Assembly (NCBI GenBank): GCA_037379345.1
Contig: CM074515.1
Span: forward strand, 7,998,001 to 8,062,000
Direction: 5' to 3'
Origin: Perna viridis
Lineage: Eukaryota
DNA length: 64,000 nt
Shown here: positions 27,601-39,475 of the stretch, piece by piece
Layout of the letters: every line of letters starts with the position of its first letter
Numbering within the stretch: position 1 is the first letter of the stretch
Made by a program: the position numbers and the translations under genes
The notes under the pieces: generated by a model
Database searches by the model: none
Seen by the model: only the letters and a program-made list of their open reading frames with translations
Told to the model about the DNA's origin: nothing

Positions 27601-30600
27601 TTACAGACACAATTGGGATACCATTGTGAAGGCAGCATGGAAGAAATATCCAAATCCATTTAGTGCTGCTGTGGTCGGTGTTGATGTGTTAGACCGACAT
27701 GTGGACAAGGGTGTGTTAAAAACTCACAGGCTTATGACAACCAAATGGGGATTGCCCCACTGGGCTACTAAGGTAAAAAAAATATGATTTACAGGGTTCT
27801 CATGAAGGCACGTACATGCGTCCTGTATACATGAAAAACTTAATGGACGTGTCAAGTTAAACATGGTGCGTCTGTGGGATGCATCCTCCAGGGGTTGAAA
27901 ATTCCTAAAGCCCAACGCATAGGACTAAAAAAAATTGCATGTCGGACTTGAAATTTTTCAATGAAATAAGTCTATCTGGCATGGCAAATCAGAAAAAATA
28001 AAAACTCTATTTATTGTAAGATTTTGTTGTCATTATTTGGACCATGTTTCTCGACCTATTCCCTGACCTATAAATAGTTAAAACTTCATTTTTAGAATGG
28101 GTATTCACTAGATCGATCAATTGATTAGTCTCAAGTCTGAATCACACCTGCGCTTGTTCAGACACATTTTTTGATATACTACAAATTTTATTAATCAAGC
28201 GCTGGAATGATAAAGATCAAATTTCGTTGATAAACTTTTGAGGAAAACATTGTTGCTCAATTACAATTTCACGGTTAAAAAAATGCAGAAACGGAAAGCT
28301 GATGACAAAGCATCAGACCGGTAGACAGAATCAATTGACACTGTATCTTCTTCCCTGCAAACATAGAATTATACATAAGAATATCGGATAACAGAATTGT
28401 ATTTATATCGATTGGGATTTGACACAACATTGTTTGGGCTTAGTGCACAAAAGATGAATAAGTCAAGGGCTCGGGTCTACCCAAAAAAATCTTTAACCCC
28501 TGATCCTCACAGTATCAGCTGCATCCTTTTTTGAATTCATAAAAACTATCCCTAAAATCATAGAAAACTTTGTTTGTTCCACATTTTTTGACAACAGGAC
28601 ATGAAATTGAAGTTCATACAATTTTTTTTACAAGAAAATTAAGTTATAAAGTATTTGATATAAGATTGTGACAAATAATTTCAAAAAGAGTAAAATAAAT
28701 TTTAGAAAGAACCAGATATATTTTACTATAAAATTTGTTCAGAACTGAATTTTTATAACTTAAATGTTGTTGTATTTTTGTGACATGCTGACCTCACATG
28801 ATTGATTGCATAAATGAAATGTTCAAAATTGAAAAAAAATGATATAATGTGTTCAAGATACCAGTAGGTTATTTAAAATAAGTGTTGCAATTTTACTTCG
28901 GGTTGGTGATTTTCTTAGGATCTTCATTTAATTTAGGCAGATGGAACATCTGTTGTTTGTTTTAAGTTTAACTTTGAATAATGCACTTGATCTAGTCATG
29001 ACGTGGGGTTAATCTAGGGGGAAAATGTTTATTTGTTTACACTCTAGTTATCAGCAATTAAGATTTAAGACAATCTGTTGATTACACGGCTTGGGATACC
29101 AGCTTAAGGTTATACCGAAGTCATGTTTTTAAATGAAAGTAAAAATTGCAAATTTCACCTCTGGGGAAATCTATAAACATTCTGTTATCAGATTCTGTTA
29201 AAATATTTTAACAGGTATAAGAGATATCAGCTAAAGTCAATGAACAAATTTATTAAAACTAATGTTGTAAGTCCAATTTCGAATTATTTGAGGAAATGAA
29301 AGTTGCAATATTTTTTTGAAATGTATTTTGGGTATTGTCCCTTGGCATTGATGGTTCAGTATCTTCTACACTTTTCACAAATTGAATATGGAGTAATGTC
29401 ATGATGGTCATACAAAGTTAGTATTACCCAAAAAACCTAGTTACTTACCCTCTCAAGTAGTTATGCCATGAAGCCAGTAAACAATAAACAACACATTTAA
29501 AAATGAACATGGAGGAAACTTATAATTTCCAAATACTATTAGTATTGTAAGTAGGTAACTGAATTCTCATTATATATGAATTAACGTCATGAAGCCAACA
29601 AACAAAATAAGTTTGTTTTCTAATAAAAAGAGATGCTTAGTACTCGACAGTTTAATATGGATGACATGCATAAAAGGAGTAAAATATGGTTTTGTATGAT
29701 TGTACATAAGTGTAGGAGACATGGGGAAACAATAAATACATATGTAGTACTGTATGTACTAAAATAATGAATGTATCGTTCGAATTGTTTTTAAACCAGG
29801 AAAAGGGTGGGGCACACCAAGTTCATCTTGGACTCACCATTCCTGAAAGTGATGAATCCCAGGACGCACTATATAAAAACCCTGATTTAGAAGGTTCACT
29901 TAGACCAAAATCCTTATGATATCACTTTGCATCTGTTTCATAGCATGGCCAGTGATCTAAAAAATTTTAAAGTGTCCTACACTCATTTGCTGATTTTGGA
30001 CATGAAAATTTGTATTAAGGTCAGCAGTTTAGTGTTGTTTGTACATCCTGTCTGAATAATCCCCTTATTATTTATTAGAAATAATTGTTTGACAGGTGTT
30101 CAATTCTTTGATGATGCATTGGTCATTCCATGAAAATAAAACAAAAACAGAGAAGGAAAGCTGGAACAATTCAAATGCAATCCAAGAAATTTTTTTTTCT
30201 TTTTTATGAACTGAATTTGAATTTACTTGCTAAATTGACTTTGTTACATGTATTACTGGTATATACAAAATGGTACTTCATTTTAACCTGAAAAGTTAAT
30301 CAAGCCCAATATTTAACACCATGCTCAGCTGCACTTTAATGTTTAGGGTTAATGTGGCTGTTGAGTATTGTGCTTAATTTTCATGGACAAATTCTATGAA
30401 ATTTTATACTGATAAACACTGTGACATTCCAAATTCGATTTGAGAAGCCTTGGAGCACTTGAACACATTTCCATGGCTCTTATTGCTTTCTACATATATT
30501 CCTTTTCTTGTATACACAGATGGTTGGAATGGCTGATGCTTGTTATGTGAGTGAAGTGTCATATGTGGACCTGAAAACAAATGCAATGGTAATCAGGTCA

Positions 30601-33600
30601 AAGAATGTGAGTTGGTCACCGTTGTCGTTTTCAAAGTCATATGTCTATTTCTTATTTCAAATATTTTACATATCAGTTGCTTTTAGCATGTCTTCATGTT
30701 TTATGCATGTTAGTATTTTGTTCACTTTCCTTGATGTATTCCTTCTCTGTATTAGTTGTTAGGAACGGATGAGTTTCAGTATGGAAGTGAACACTCAGAA
30801 GTTGATCCTAGAAAGAAAACTATGACATTAAAATCAGTTAATGTAAGTAGAATGCACTTAACAGATAAAGTTCAGATTGTGTATGTATTGTACTTCTTTT
30901 GTTCCCTGCTGTCAAGGAACATTGGACATATGTGGCATCCATCTGCAACACCTTGTTAGCACTCTCATGTCTACATATCTCAATGGATTTGGAAGAAATT
31001 TATACATATGGTTGCTATCATAAAATTTTTGGAAAAGTTTGAAAATCAATGTTTGTTCAAAAGAGATTTTCAAATTTTTTCTTGTAAACATACACACCTT
31101 TCATTTCCAAACAGATTAGTTATTCGGATAAAATTCATATCAAATGTTTCTATGATTAATGGCTTTGACAAGTGAAAAATCAACTGATGTTTTTAATTGT
31201 ATTAATGCTTTACTAAAACAAGCAGGTGGATGGCAGACACTGTTATTTCTCTGGAGAATGGTTTGATTATTGTACAGTTCATTTTATTGTTTTGTGGAAC
31301 ATGTTTATATGGAACTATGATGCAAAATATGGCACATTTCTCAAGTGTAATTACACAGTTGGAAAATATGCTACAGCCTACATATAGTAGATTATTTAAC
31401 TCTTCTAAATATGTTGAGCTCATTTGATGGTTCAGTGATTTATAAAGATTTTAAAACTACTTATGGAAATTCCCCCTCAAGATTCATGGGAACTGGACTT
31501 AAACTATCATTTTTGTTTCTCGATAAAGTGGTCTCTAAACATGGCAAATTTGTTTCCATATTTGGTAGGAGTTTATTTTAAGGACGTGTAAATGCACACT
31601 ACACAGTCTTTTTGATTTCAACAACTAATTTAAAACTTTTAAACTGTTTTTCACAACAGTGTTTACATCAGTAACCTCCTGTAGAAGTTGAAAGAAAGTG
31701 TTTCTTTCCATCATAAACATCTGTGAGACATTGTTATAGATTTAGAGTGTTTTGATAATGACATCAATATTATCTATTACATGCACTTGTCAAAGTGACC
31801 ACATGCTGCATCATTTTTTCACTACTTTTACTACTTACATGTATCTTGAAAAGATTTTTTTTTACAGTTATCAACATATAGTCATGTTTTCTTACATGCA
31901 TGTTTACAGATTATTGTAGATTGGTTAAAGTTTGATAAATCCTACCATTTCAACAATTTCATCAGTAACAACACCTAGCATGTAGAAATGTAGAAAGAAA
32001 ATCATCATATCTTTTTATATGAATCATGAAAAAAATGCTTTTAGTTATTTTTTTAATTGATAATGTTAGACTGTTGTGTGTCAAAGAAGGATAATTATTG
32101 CTAGAAATAATTTGTAGTACAGTGGCTACATAAATGCCAATAACATCATTGAGAAAACGATAATTAACCTACATACTCAGCTATTTTCTCATATACTAGT
32201 TTTATAAAATCTGATTGGTTTTATTTGTAGTTAACCTGGTGTAGAGCAGTAACCATTGATGAGAAGTTAGTCTATTCACCCCACCCAGAAGACAGATCTA
32301 AGTAAGTTTGAAATTTACATACTTCCTTAACAAAGTTAATCATATATATATATCAGTTCAGTTTTATAGGAAGTTTGATTAGTTTTATCAAGGAAGTTTT
32401 TTTTACATTTTGAAATATTTGAAAACCAAAAAGACAATGTTTGATTTCATTCAGTACTTAAACAAGAAAAATATGCCTATCGAAACAGCTTGTTTTTTTT
32501 TACTGTTATTCAGATGGAAGGATGTGTTGATTTTTGGGGTACATTTATATATTATACCTAGCTACCCAAAGCCTTTAGGGTTGAGTCTGGAAAGGGAAAC
32601 AACATCATTTTTTTTTATAAAAAATGGGAAATAAATGTGGTTGTATAATGATATGGTACTGTCGTCATCTGTAATCACATATAGTTGAACCTCTGTAAAA
32701 CGAAGTCGAAAGGACCATGCAAAAATGCTTGAGTTATCCGAGGTTGGAGTAATCCGAGGTCCGGAAATACTAGTAGTTTGGTCCATGATTGTTTCTGTAT
32801 TTACATCATTTGTCATGCTTGTACATGTACATGCGCTTCAATTTACACGGTACTTTGTAATGTCATGTGTTTCATATCAGAAGATATTTTTTTGTATGTA
32901 TATCATATTTGAAATACTGAATGGCAGCGAGTATTTTAGTGAAATTTCCTTTTTATTTTTTCTATATCAAAAACGCTGTAGTTCATAACATGCTGCTTTG
33001 TTTGATTCACAATCTGGAGTATCGTCAAACCATGTGCTCTACAATATTACGATAAAATTTCAGATTCATTAGTGAAAGGAATGTAGTCGTTGAAATACTC
33101 TTACTATCATCTGTTTGATGTTTCATTAGTCAGATACCATTACAATTCATCTGTATTAAAAAAAAAATTTCAAAATATCAAAATATCCGATATCACTGTT
33201 AGTGTAAATTCTGACGTGTTATTAAAGAATTTGTTTATTGTAACAACACGTGCAATTTTAAACTAATTAAATAAACAAATCAGACCATAAAGAGTGTCAA
33301 CAAATTAGTTTTAATAGTCACGCTAATTGTTGTTAAAACACACTTCGATCATGGTTTGTAATAAAACAATCAGTTTTCTGACTAATTGGTTGATTTCAAG
33401 ACATCAGGGTTAATTAACATCGAAGTCCTGTCAAGGGGACTGATTGATTACCTCGAGTTATCCGAGCTTTCGAGTCATCGGAGGTAAAATTGTATTGGAG
33501 CAAGGGGAGTTTTGCTGGGACTTTGTAATTAGTTCGAGTTATCCAAGATTTCGACTAATCCGAGTTCGACACATTGAGGTTCGACTGTAGTTTTTGTGAT

Positions 33601-35215
33601 AAATGATAAATTTAATTTTAGTGCAAATTCTTTTTTTTTGAATTTTTCAATTTAAATAAAGTGACCAATTAACTTCGAAATGATCTCTTAAAATAAATCC
33701 CTGGTTAATGATACAGTTTATGGATTTTGTATGATACATGTATTTTCTCTTTAACGAATGGTTAATGAAGCAATTGTAACTGGAAAGCATATTATATTAG
33801 AAAAAGGAAAAGACTGTTAATTACTTAAGTCTATCACTGGGTATATCCAAGAACAAGATCTGTAACAGATTCAAATATGATATAGGAATAAGTTGTTCCA
33901 CATCTTTTTGTAGCATAGTTCATTAGATAGTTGTGCCTTTAGTTGATATCAATATATGCTTTTTTCAGAACACTACTTAAGCAAGAGGCTGTGGTAAAAG
34001 TTTATGGTTTCCCACTAGCTAGCTATTTAGAGAATATAATAACACAGAATATCAACAATAATGCACATAAGGTATGGTTGTGTTGTATTGTAAGGAACTT
34101 ATTTTGTGACAACCTTAATCCTTTAGGAACTTTACAGACTTTCTTGTTTTCTATGTCTTATCTTTTTGGTACTGTGATGTGTTCTTGTGTTTATAAGTAC
34201 ATGTATAATTTGTCATTTAGTAAATTTGTTTTAATTGAATTTAGCTATTATCTAAGACATTGTCTACCTGGACACTCTAAGTAGTTAGCTATAATGGAGA
34301 AAAGTCTTAATGTTTTAGGGGGCTAATTTTTTAAAAATTCCTAAACATTCATGTACAAAAATGACAATTTTTTGTATTTTGTGACCGTGTTTTGTGTGAA
34401 ACTTAAAAGAAAAATTTTTGCATTGTAAAGTGATGGTGATGTATCAAAACAATGTAATTAACTTTTACTGAGCAGGTAACTTTACCTAATGATGGTTTTA
34501 AGATAGAGCTAGCAAGGATGTGGAAGTCCGCTTAAATAAAATAATTCATGAAACATTCAGTTACATGTATGTGCCAAAACTTACCATTATTTTAAGCTTA
34601 TATCATGTTGCAAATACCTGTATACCTGTCTTGATTGAAAAAGGAATAACGATTTAAGTACAAGTCCACATAACATTCAGACATTACCAATGGTAAAGTG
34701 ATTCATGGTCAAGAAAAACCCACCAAACCAACCATGCTTTTTCAGTCTACATAAGGTATACTTTCACATAATGATAATCATTTCTGCATTCAGATCTGCA
34801 CTTTTTAGAAAATCATACATTCATCTCCCACTAAAATCAACCAAATGAATCCAAATCAAGAATGATAACTCTTGCAAAGTGCAGATTCCAGGTACAGTTT
34901 ATATAATTTTTATCTCAAAAGAGCAACAACCAAATGAAAACCTAAGACTGGTTATGTGATCAGTAACTGTTTCTGAAGGAGAAATAAAACTGAATTCATT
35001 GGGTTTTTGACATGCATGAGTCACCTTTTGTCTGATTTTAAAAAGACTGCTGCTTAATGTCTGTTTTCTTACAGGGAAGACAAGGTTTGGAATGGGTTGT
35101 CAACAAAATCAAAACAGAGGCAGAAACACTTCAACAAGAAGCAAAGACATTTACTAAAGACACAGTACATAATGTTGAATCTGTGTTTAACACTAACAGA
35201 GATGGCTCTTTATGA
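24692..35215 (+). CDS. PRELID3: PRELI/MSF1-domain protein 3 (slowmo/Ups2-like mitochondrial intermembrane-space lipid transfer protein), complete, 199 aa with one copy of exon 3
   Basis: Exons 24692-24723 (MKIWTSEHIF), 27607-27772 (EHNWDTIVKAAWKKYPNPFSAAVVGVDVLDRHVDKGVLKTHRLMTTKWGLPHWATK), exon 3 = 30520-30606 or 30756-30842, 32231-32301 (LTWCRAVTIDEKLVYSPHPEDRSK), 33969-34071 (TLLKQEAVVKVYGFPLASYLENIITQNINNNAHK), 35075-35215 (GRQGLEWVVNKIKTEAE...GSL*). The motifs MKIWTSEH, KYPNP, VVGVDVLDRH and PHPED..KT.L.QEA are diagnostic of PRELID3/SLMO. Confidence 0.95.
25213..25475 (+). mobile_element. Truncated Helentron-associated (HINE/pearl-like) non-autonomous element
   Basis: tttattgtacccc-ATGCAACgaaGTTGCG-gagggtata hairpin, GTCY-like tract, and core motif cagttttcctgacttttt repeated at 25277 and 25437 (160-bp period). 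Confidence 0.65.
25788..26628. mobile_element. Non-autonomous Tc1/mariner-superfamily (pogo/Tc2-like) MITE, 841 bp
   Basis: TA|CCGTATTTTGGTGTGTAT ... ATACACACCAAAATACAG|TA; 18-bp TIR with one CpG-decay mismatch; TA target duplication; no long ORF. Confidence 0.85.
27792..29884. mobile_element. ~2.1-kb decayed DNA transposon with CAGGGTT termini and a 5-bp TSD (hAT-like)
   Basis: ATTTA|CAGGGTTCTCAT ... ATATAAAAACCCTG|ATTTA; subterminal TGCGTCCTG/CAGGACGCA motif at both ends in inverted orientation. Confidence 0.65.
30520..30606 (+). CDS. PRELID3: PRELID3 alternative exon 3a (MVGMADACYVSEVSYVDLKTNAMVIRSKN)
   Basis: 87 nt, phase 0/0, acceptor ccttttcttgtatacacag, donor AAT|gtgagt, open frame, aligns without gaps to exon 3b. 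Confidence 0.85.
30756..30842 (+). CDS. PRELID3: PRELID3 alternative exon 3b (LLGTDEFQYGSEHSEVDPRKKTMTLKSVN)
   Basis: 87 nt, phase 0/0, acceptor ttccttctctgtattag, donor AAT|gtaagt; carries the metazoan SLMO-type EHSxVDPxxKTMxLKSxN motif. Confidence 0.9.
32682..33587. mobile_element. Tigger/pogo-type MITE, 906 bp
   Basis: TA|TAGTTGAACCTC ... GAGGTTCGACTG|TA (TIR CAGTCGAACCTC with two C>T changes on the left); subterminal repeats of (TC)GAGTTATCCGAG. Confidence 0.85.
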
Positions 35216-35726
35216 TAAATATATATTTTAGGATTTTATTAATTATGAAAGTATCTGTGATATATCATTCCATCAGCCAATGAGCTTCTCTGCGTTATGG
35301 GCCAGTTACAGCAAATGCAGGTTGGCATAGCATCATTTGGCAAAATGTTTACATTGTTAATTCTGTTCATCAAGTGATCATGACACATAAAACCAATACT
35401 TTTATGTTTGCTTGGTTCTTACCTCAAAGATATGACTTCCTAAAAGATCAAAATATATTTTTATACATATGATTGTTCTGTATTTGTACTATGGAATGTG
35501 GTAACACTACAGATTTTCGCTGAAATTTTTACATCTGTCAGTATTTACTGTCAACCCTTCTCATTAAAAATCTTATCAGTGTGATATCTTCTTGCTCATT
35601 CATCATTTTGAATAAAAGTAGTAATATTCTAGGCCATCATCCTGGTTTTCATTGTAAAATATGTTTTGTGCCATTTAGAAATCCAGCATATTTGGCTATT
35701 ATAAACAATAATACTTCATGTATATC

Positions 35727-36045
35727 TTTTTATACACCCCATTTTATAAGTGGGAGGTGTATAGTGGTCATGGTGTCTGTCCATCCCCTATTCTAATCTG
35801 CAACTCTTCAGATATTGCTGAATGGATTTTAGTGAAACTTACACAGATTCTTTATTACATGATGTCGTTGTGATCTATTATGTTTTCCTATTATTATTAT
35901 CATTATGAACTATTTATATAGCGCTATATATAATTTAGCATTACCCTAAGCACTTCTGAATGCTTATTACTTATAAGGTATCCTACATGGTTATTGGGGA
36001 GGGAAGCTGGGGTATCATCAAGTGAGCTTTGCTCGGTTTTTCAAG
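35727..36045 (+). mobile_element. Degenerate HINE/pearl-like element in the PRELID3 3' region
   Basis: ttttatacacccc...gggaggtgtata, gtctgtcc tract, ggggtatc subterminal motif and GAGC-ttt-GCTC terminal hairpin. Confidence 0.55.
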
Positions 36046-37468
36046 TTTTACCTGCAATATTTAACTTTTTTGTATTATAAATGTGTAGAGACATATCATT
36101 TTCTTAATTTGCTTTAAGTTGTGAATAAGTGGCTAAATGCTTAACCAAAATGCAATTGTTGATATTTTGGTACAGTACTACCTATCAAACAAATTATAGA
36201 AGTGTTTGTTTTTGTAAATGGCAGCATATATTGTCTCATTAGACAGTCATTTGACAAGACAACACAGAGAAAACAAAAAAAATAATATGGAGAACTTCAG
36301 TACACAGAAAAATCAACAGCATACATCCCATTAAAAACCAAGAGTGAATCATGTAATTCAAACCCATTTCTATTCTTTAATTCTTTTGAAATATGTTGTT
36401 TTTTTTTAGTTTTTATATAGAAAGCCTTCGAAAAAAGGTAGTAAACTTACCATTTTAGTTGTATTTGTTTCATGTTTTAATATTTGAGATGATTTTCTTC
36501 CAATAATGAGGGTATATGTGAACTATTTATTCTATTTTCTCATGTCTAGTCCATGTGTGGAGTCAAGTTTTCATGTTTTGGATCTGTATTATATTAGTTT
36601 TATTAATGATCACTGCTGAATTTAGATAATTCCAAATTGAGAAATCATGTTATCATACAGAAGAAGATAATGACTTTCTATTGTCAACTTATATTTTCAA
36701 TTATTAACTTAGTATAATGAAAAGGTAATCATTGTGGCAAAAACATGAGGACGGCATTTGGTATACATTTATTCAATTATTTGGTTGAAAAATCCAATGG
36801 AGAAAATGCAGGTTTTCTTTAATTTAGAATTCAGTTAAGTAATAGCTTTTTCTATTGTAAGCATTTTGTATCTAATTGTTTTATTTTTGTATGTCGAATT
36901 GTAAAATCATGTGTGCCATGTTGTAATATAAGTCTTCAGTTGTCCTTTCTTATGAAACCCTCTTGGGTATTATTTTTGTTAATGTAATTAGGTAAGAACC
37001 AACCCATGATTGCCTAAAACATGTTTCATTGGAGTCTGATCTTTAAACCATAATAGATTAACTACTATCTGGTCAAAATCTTGTAAAAAACCTTATTTTG
37101 ATTTATCTAATGCAATTGGGCCCATTATAAAAATTTGTTCTGAAAATAATTTCAACATTATTGTGTAATGTTCAAACATTTGTCTCATAGGAGAACCTGG
37201 TCTCAGCACAATGAACAATAATTGCAAAGGTTTTATTTTCACCTTTCTTTTTTCCAATTTGGAAAACTTATTGCTCTTTCTTAGTTCCTAAATTACATGT
37301 AGCATCATAAATTTAGGTTGTATATTGAGATCTGATGTCTCCTGCCTCTGTTACATCCACTGAATACAATGTGCCTTGGTATTCTATTCTGTGCTATTAG
37401 ATATACATGTATCAGGTAAATCTTGAGTTGTTAATTGTTAACTTTATTTGTTATAAGAATTCATTTCT

Positions 37469-37474
37469 ATTAAA
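37469..37474 (+). terminator. Candidate PRELID3 polyadenylation signal (ATTAAA)
   Basis: ATTAAA followed by GT-rich cttgtgtagttt, at the point where base skew switches from T/G-rich to A/C-rich. Confidence 0.4.
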
Positions 37475-38645
37475 AGAACTAAAACTTGTGTAGTTTATAT
37501 TCAATACCAAAACAACTAACATTACACCAATTACAGTACTTAAAAAGTACTTTGATGAGCACAACAGGATTACACTGCAACATGTTGAACTCTGTTCACT
37601 CAGGGCTATGCAGATATAATATTAGATGTGACACACTGAAACAGAAAACATGAAAATCTAAACATTATGGTGGAAACACAAAACCTTATTCATTCATCAC
37701 AGGAAAGACAAAAATCTATTGCAACTTGACCTTTGTTGTATAGAATACTGTGAAGCAATATCACGTCGATATGCTTTTACTGAAGTTATGAATCCAAAAT
37801 GGTAGGGGTCATAACCCCTAAAATACCAACCTTCCAGTTGTGATTTGGAACCTTGTTATACACTTTGATGAAAGATCAACTAATATTTGTGTGGTCACTC
37901 AAAAATCAAGTGCCTACCAGTGCATACAGTGCCTTACCATTTTATGGCAGTTGTATAAAAACTAACCTTTATAGATGTCACTTAAAAAAAATACTGGTAG
38001 GTTTTTAGACTGTAGAAAAGCTTTGAAAACAAATATTTCATTTGGACCACTTGCCATTTTTTCTATCAATAGGGTATGCAAGTCTCATCACATGTCTTCA
38101 TGGTTTCACAAGAATGGTTTCTATTTTGTTCAAATGCAAGGAAACTTGTAATTTACAGAGCACTGAGTATTTCTGTGTAAAAATGCGAATAAAAATGACA
38201 AACATATATTTCTTAATGATAAAGAATTAATAAAAGCAATATATATAAGAAATTGCAATGTAATGCTGTGTTTTGAGATCCCAAAAGTAAACAATAAAAT
38301 GCAGATTGGTCTTGGGAATTCTGAACGTTCTACAACAAAAATTCTGGTTATGAAAATGAAGCTATGACAAGACATACAAACCCTGCATTAATTACAACAC
38401 CTATCAACCTCTCAAGGGATCTGATTTTTCTGGATTCTACTTAATCAAATCAAAAAATTTTCCTGCACCATTTTTCATTTTACTTGTATTTACTTCAAGT
38501 TTGTCCAATTTCCACTTCTCAGATGTCCATCATTTCTCATCCCTGCCCTTATTGTCAAACAAATGGGTCTAATATTTCCATTGACTACAAGCCCTTCCAT
38601 CTTGCCCATAGCAACAAAGTGGTTTGTTTGGTTTTTTTTTTATTA

Positions 38646-39135
38646 TTTTAATGCCCCAATGACAAACTGTCAGGGGGGGTGCATATTAATTTACCCCTTT
38701 CCGTCCTGATTAAACATGATCATGGCTTGTCCGGCTATCTCCTCGTACAGTCTTTGAACTATATCTAAAATATTTTACAGGATATTTCTTCACATGATGA
38801 AGATGTACAGGGCCAAAGGGTTTTGATAATTTTGTGAAATATTACGGAAATTGGTGATAGTTACACTTGAGTCATTTTACTCAGAAATAGGGCTGTATGG
38901 CTTGTATGGCTATCTCTTCCTGTAGTTTTTGAAGCGCATCTAAAACATTTTTTGCAGGATGTTTCTACACAAAATGATGGTGTGCAAGGTCATAGGATCT
39001 TGATTTTCATCATATATTATGGAACTGGGTGATAATTGAACTTTGGAATATTGTGGGACTGGGCGACTTTGTAATTTTTGTCTAAAATATATCCCAAGCA
39101 ACAAAGTTATGGATATGTTATTGGGGGCTATTAAC
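38646..39135 (+). mobile_element. HINE/pearl-like element with two ~175-bp internal core repeats
   Basis: ttttaatgcccc-TGACA-aac-TGTCA-ggggggg hairpin; core repeats start at atggcttgt 38722 and 38897; gggggcta near the 3' end. Confidence 0.7.
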
Positions 39136-39137
39136 AA

Positions 39138-39475
39138 TTTTTATGTGTCTGTCAGTCCGTCCTCTTTTTCTCATCACAACTAGTCTGACACTACCCAACA
39201 GAATTTCATGACACTATGTGGCCAGGATACAATATATAGATATGCATATATTTAGGAAAAATCTGATCCCCAAATTTTTCAAGTTACAGAACTGGAACAG
39301 TTCGTCATTGCAAGTCTTGGAAGGATTGAGCTGAACCAACAGACCCAGAGTATCACAAGTTTTAGAGGATTTCTGAATCTGCAAACCATGTCTTTATACA
39401 AAAATAAACATCTTCCTTATTTGGCAAATCTAGCAAGCGGGGGCATCATTTATGTCTTACAGATACATTTGATGT
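39138..39475 (+). mobile_element. Second adjacent HINE-like fragment
   Basis: gtctgtcagtccgtcc tract; gcgggggcatc subterminal motif followed by a short terminal palindrome. Confidence 0.5.
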
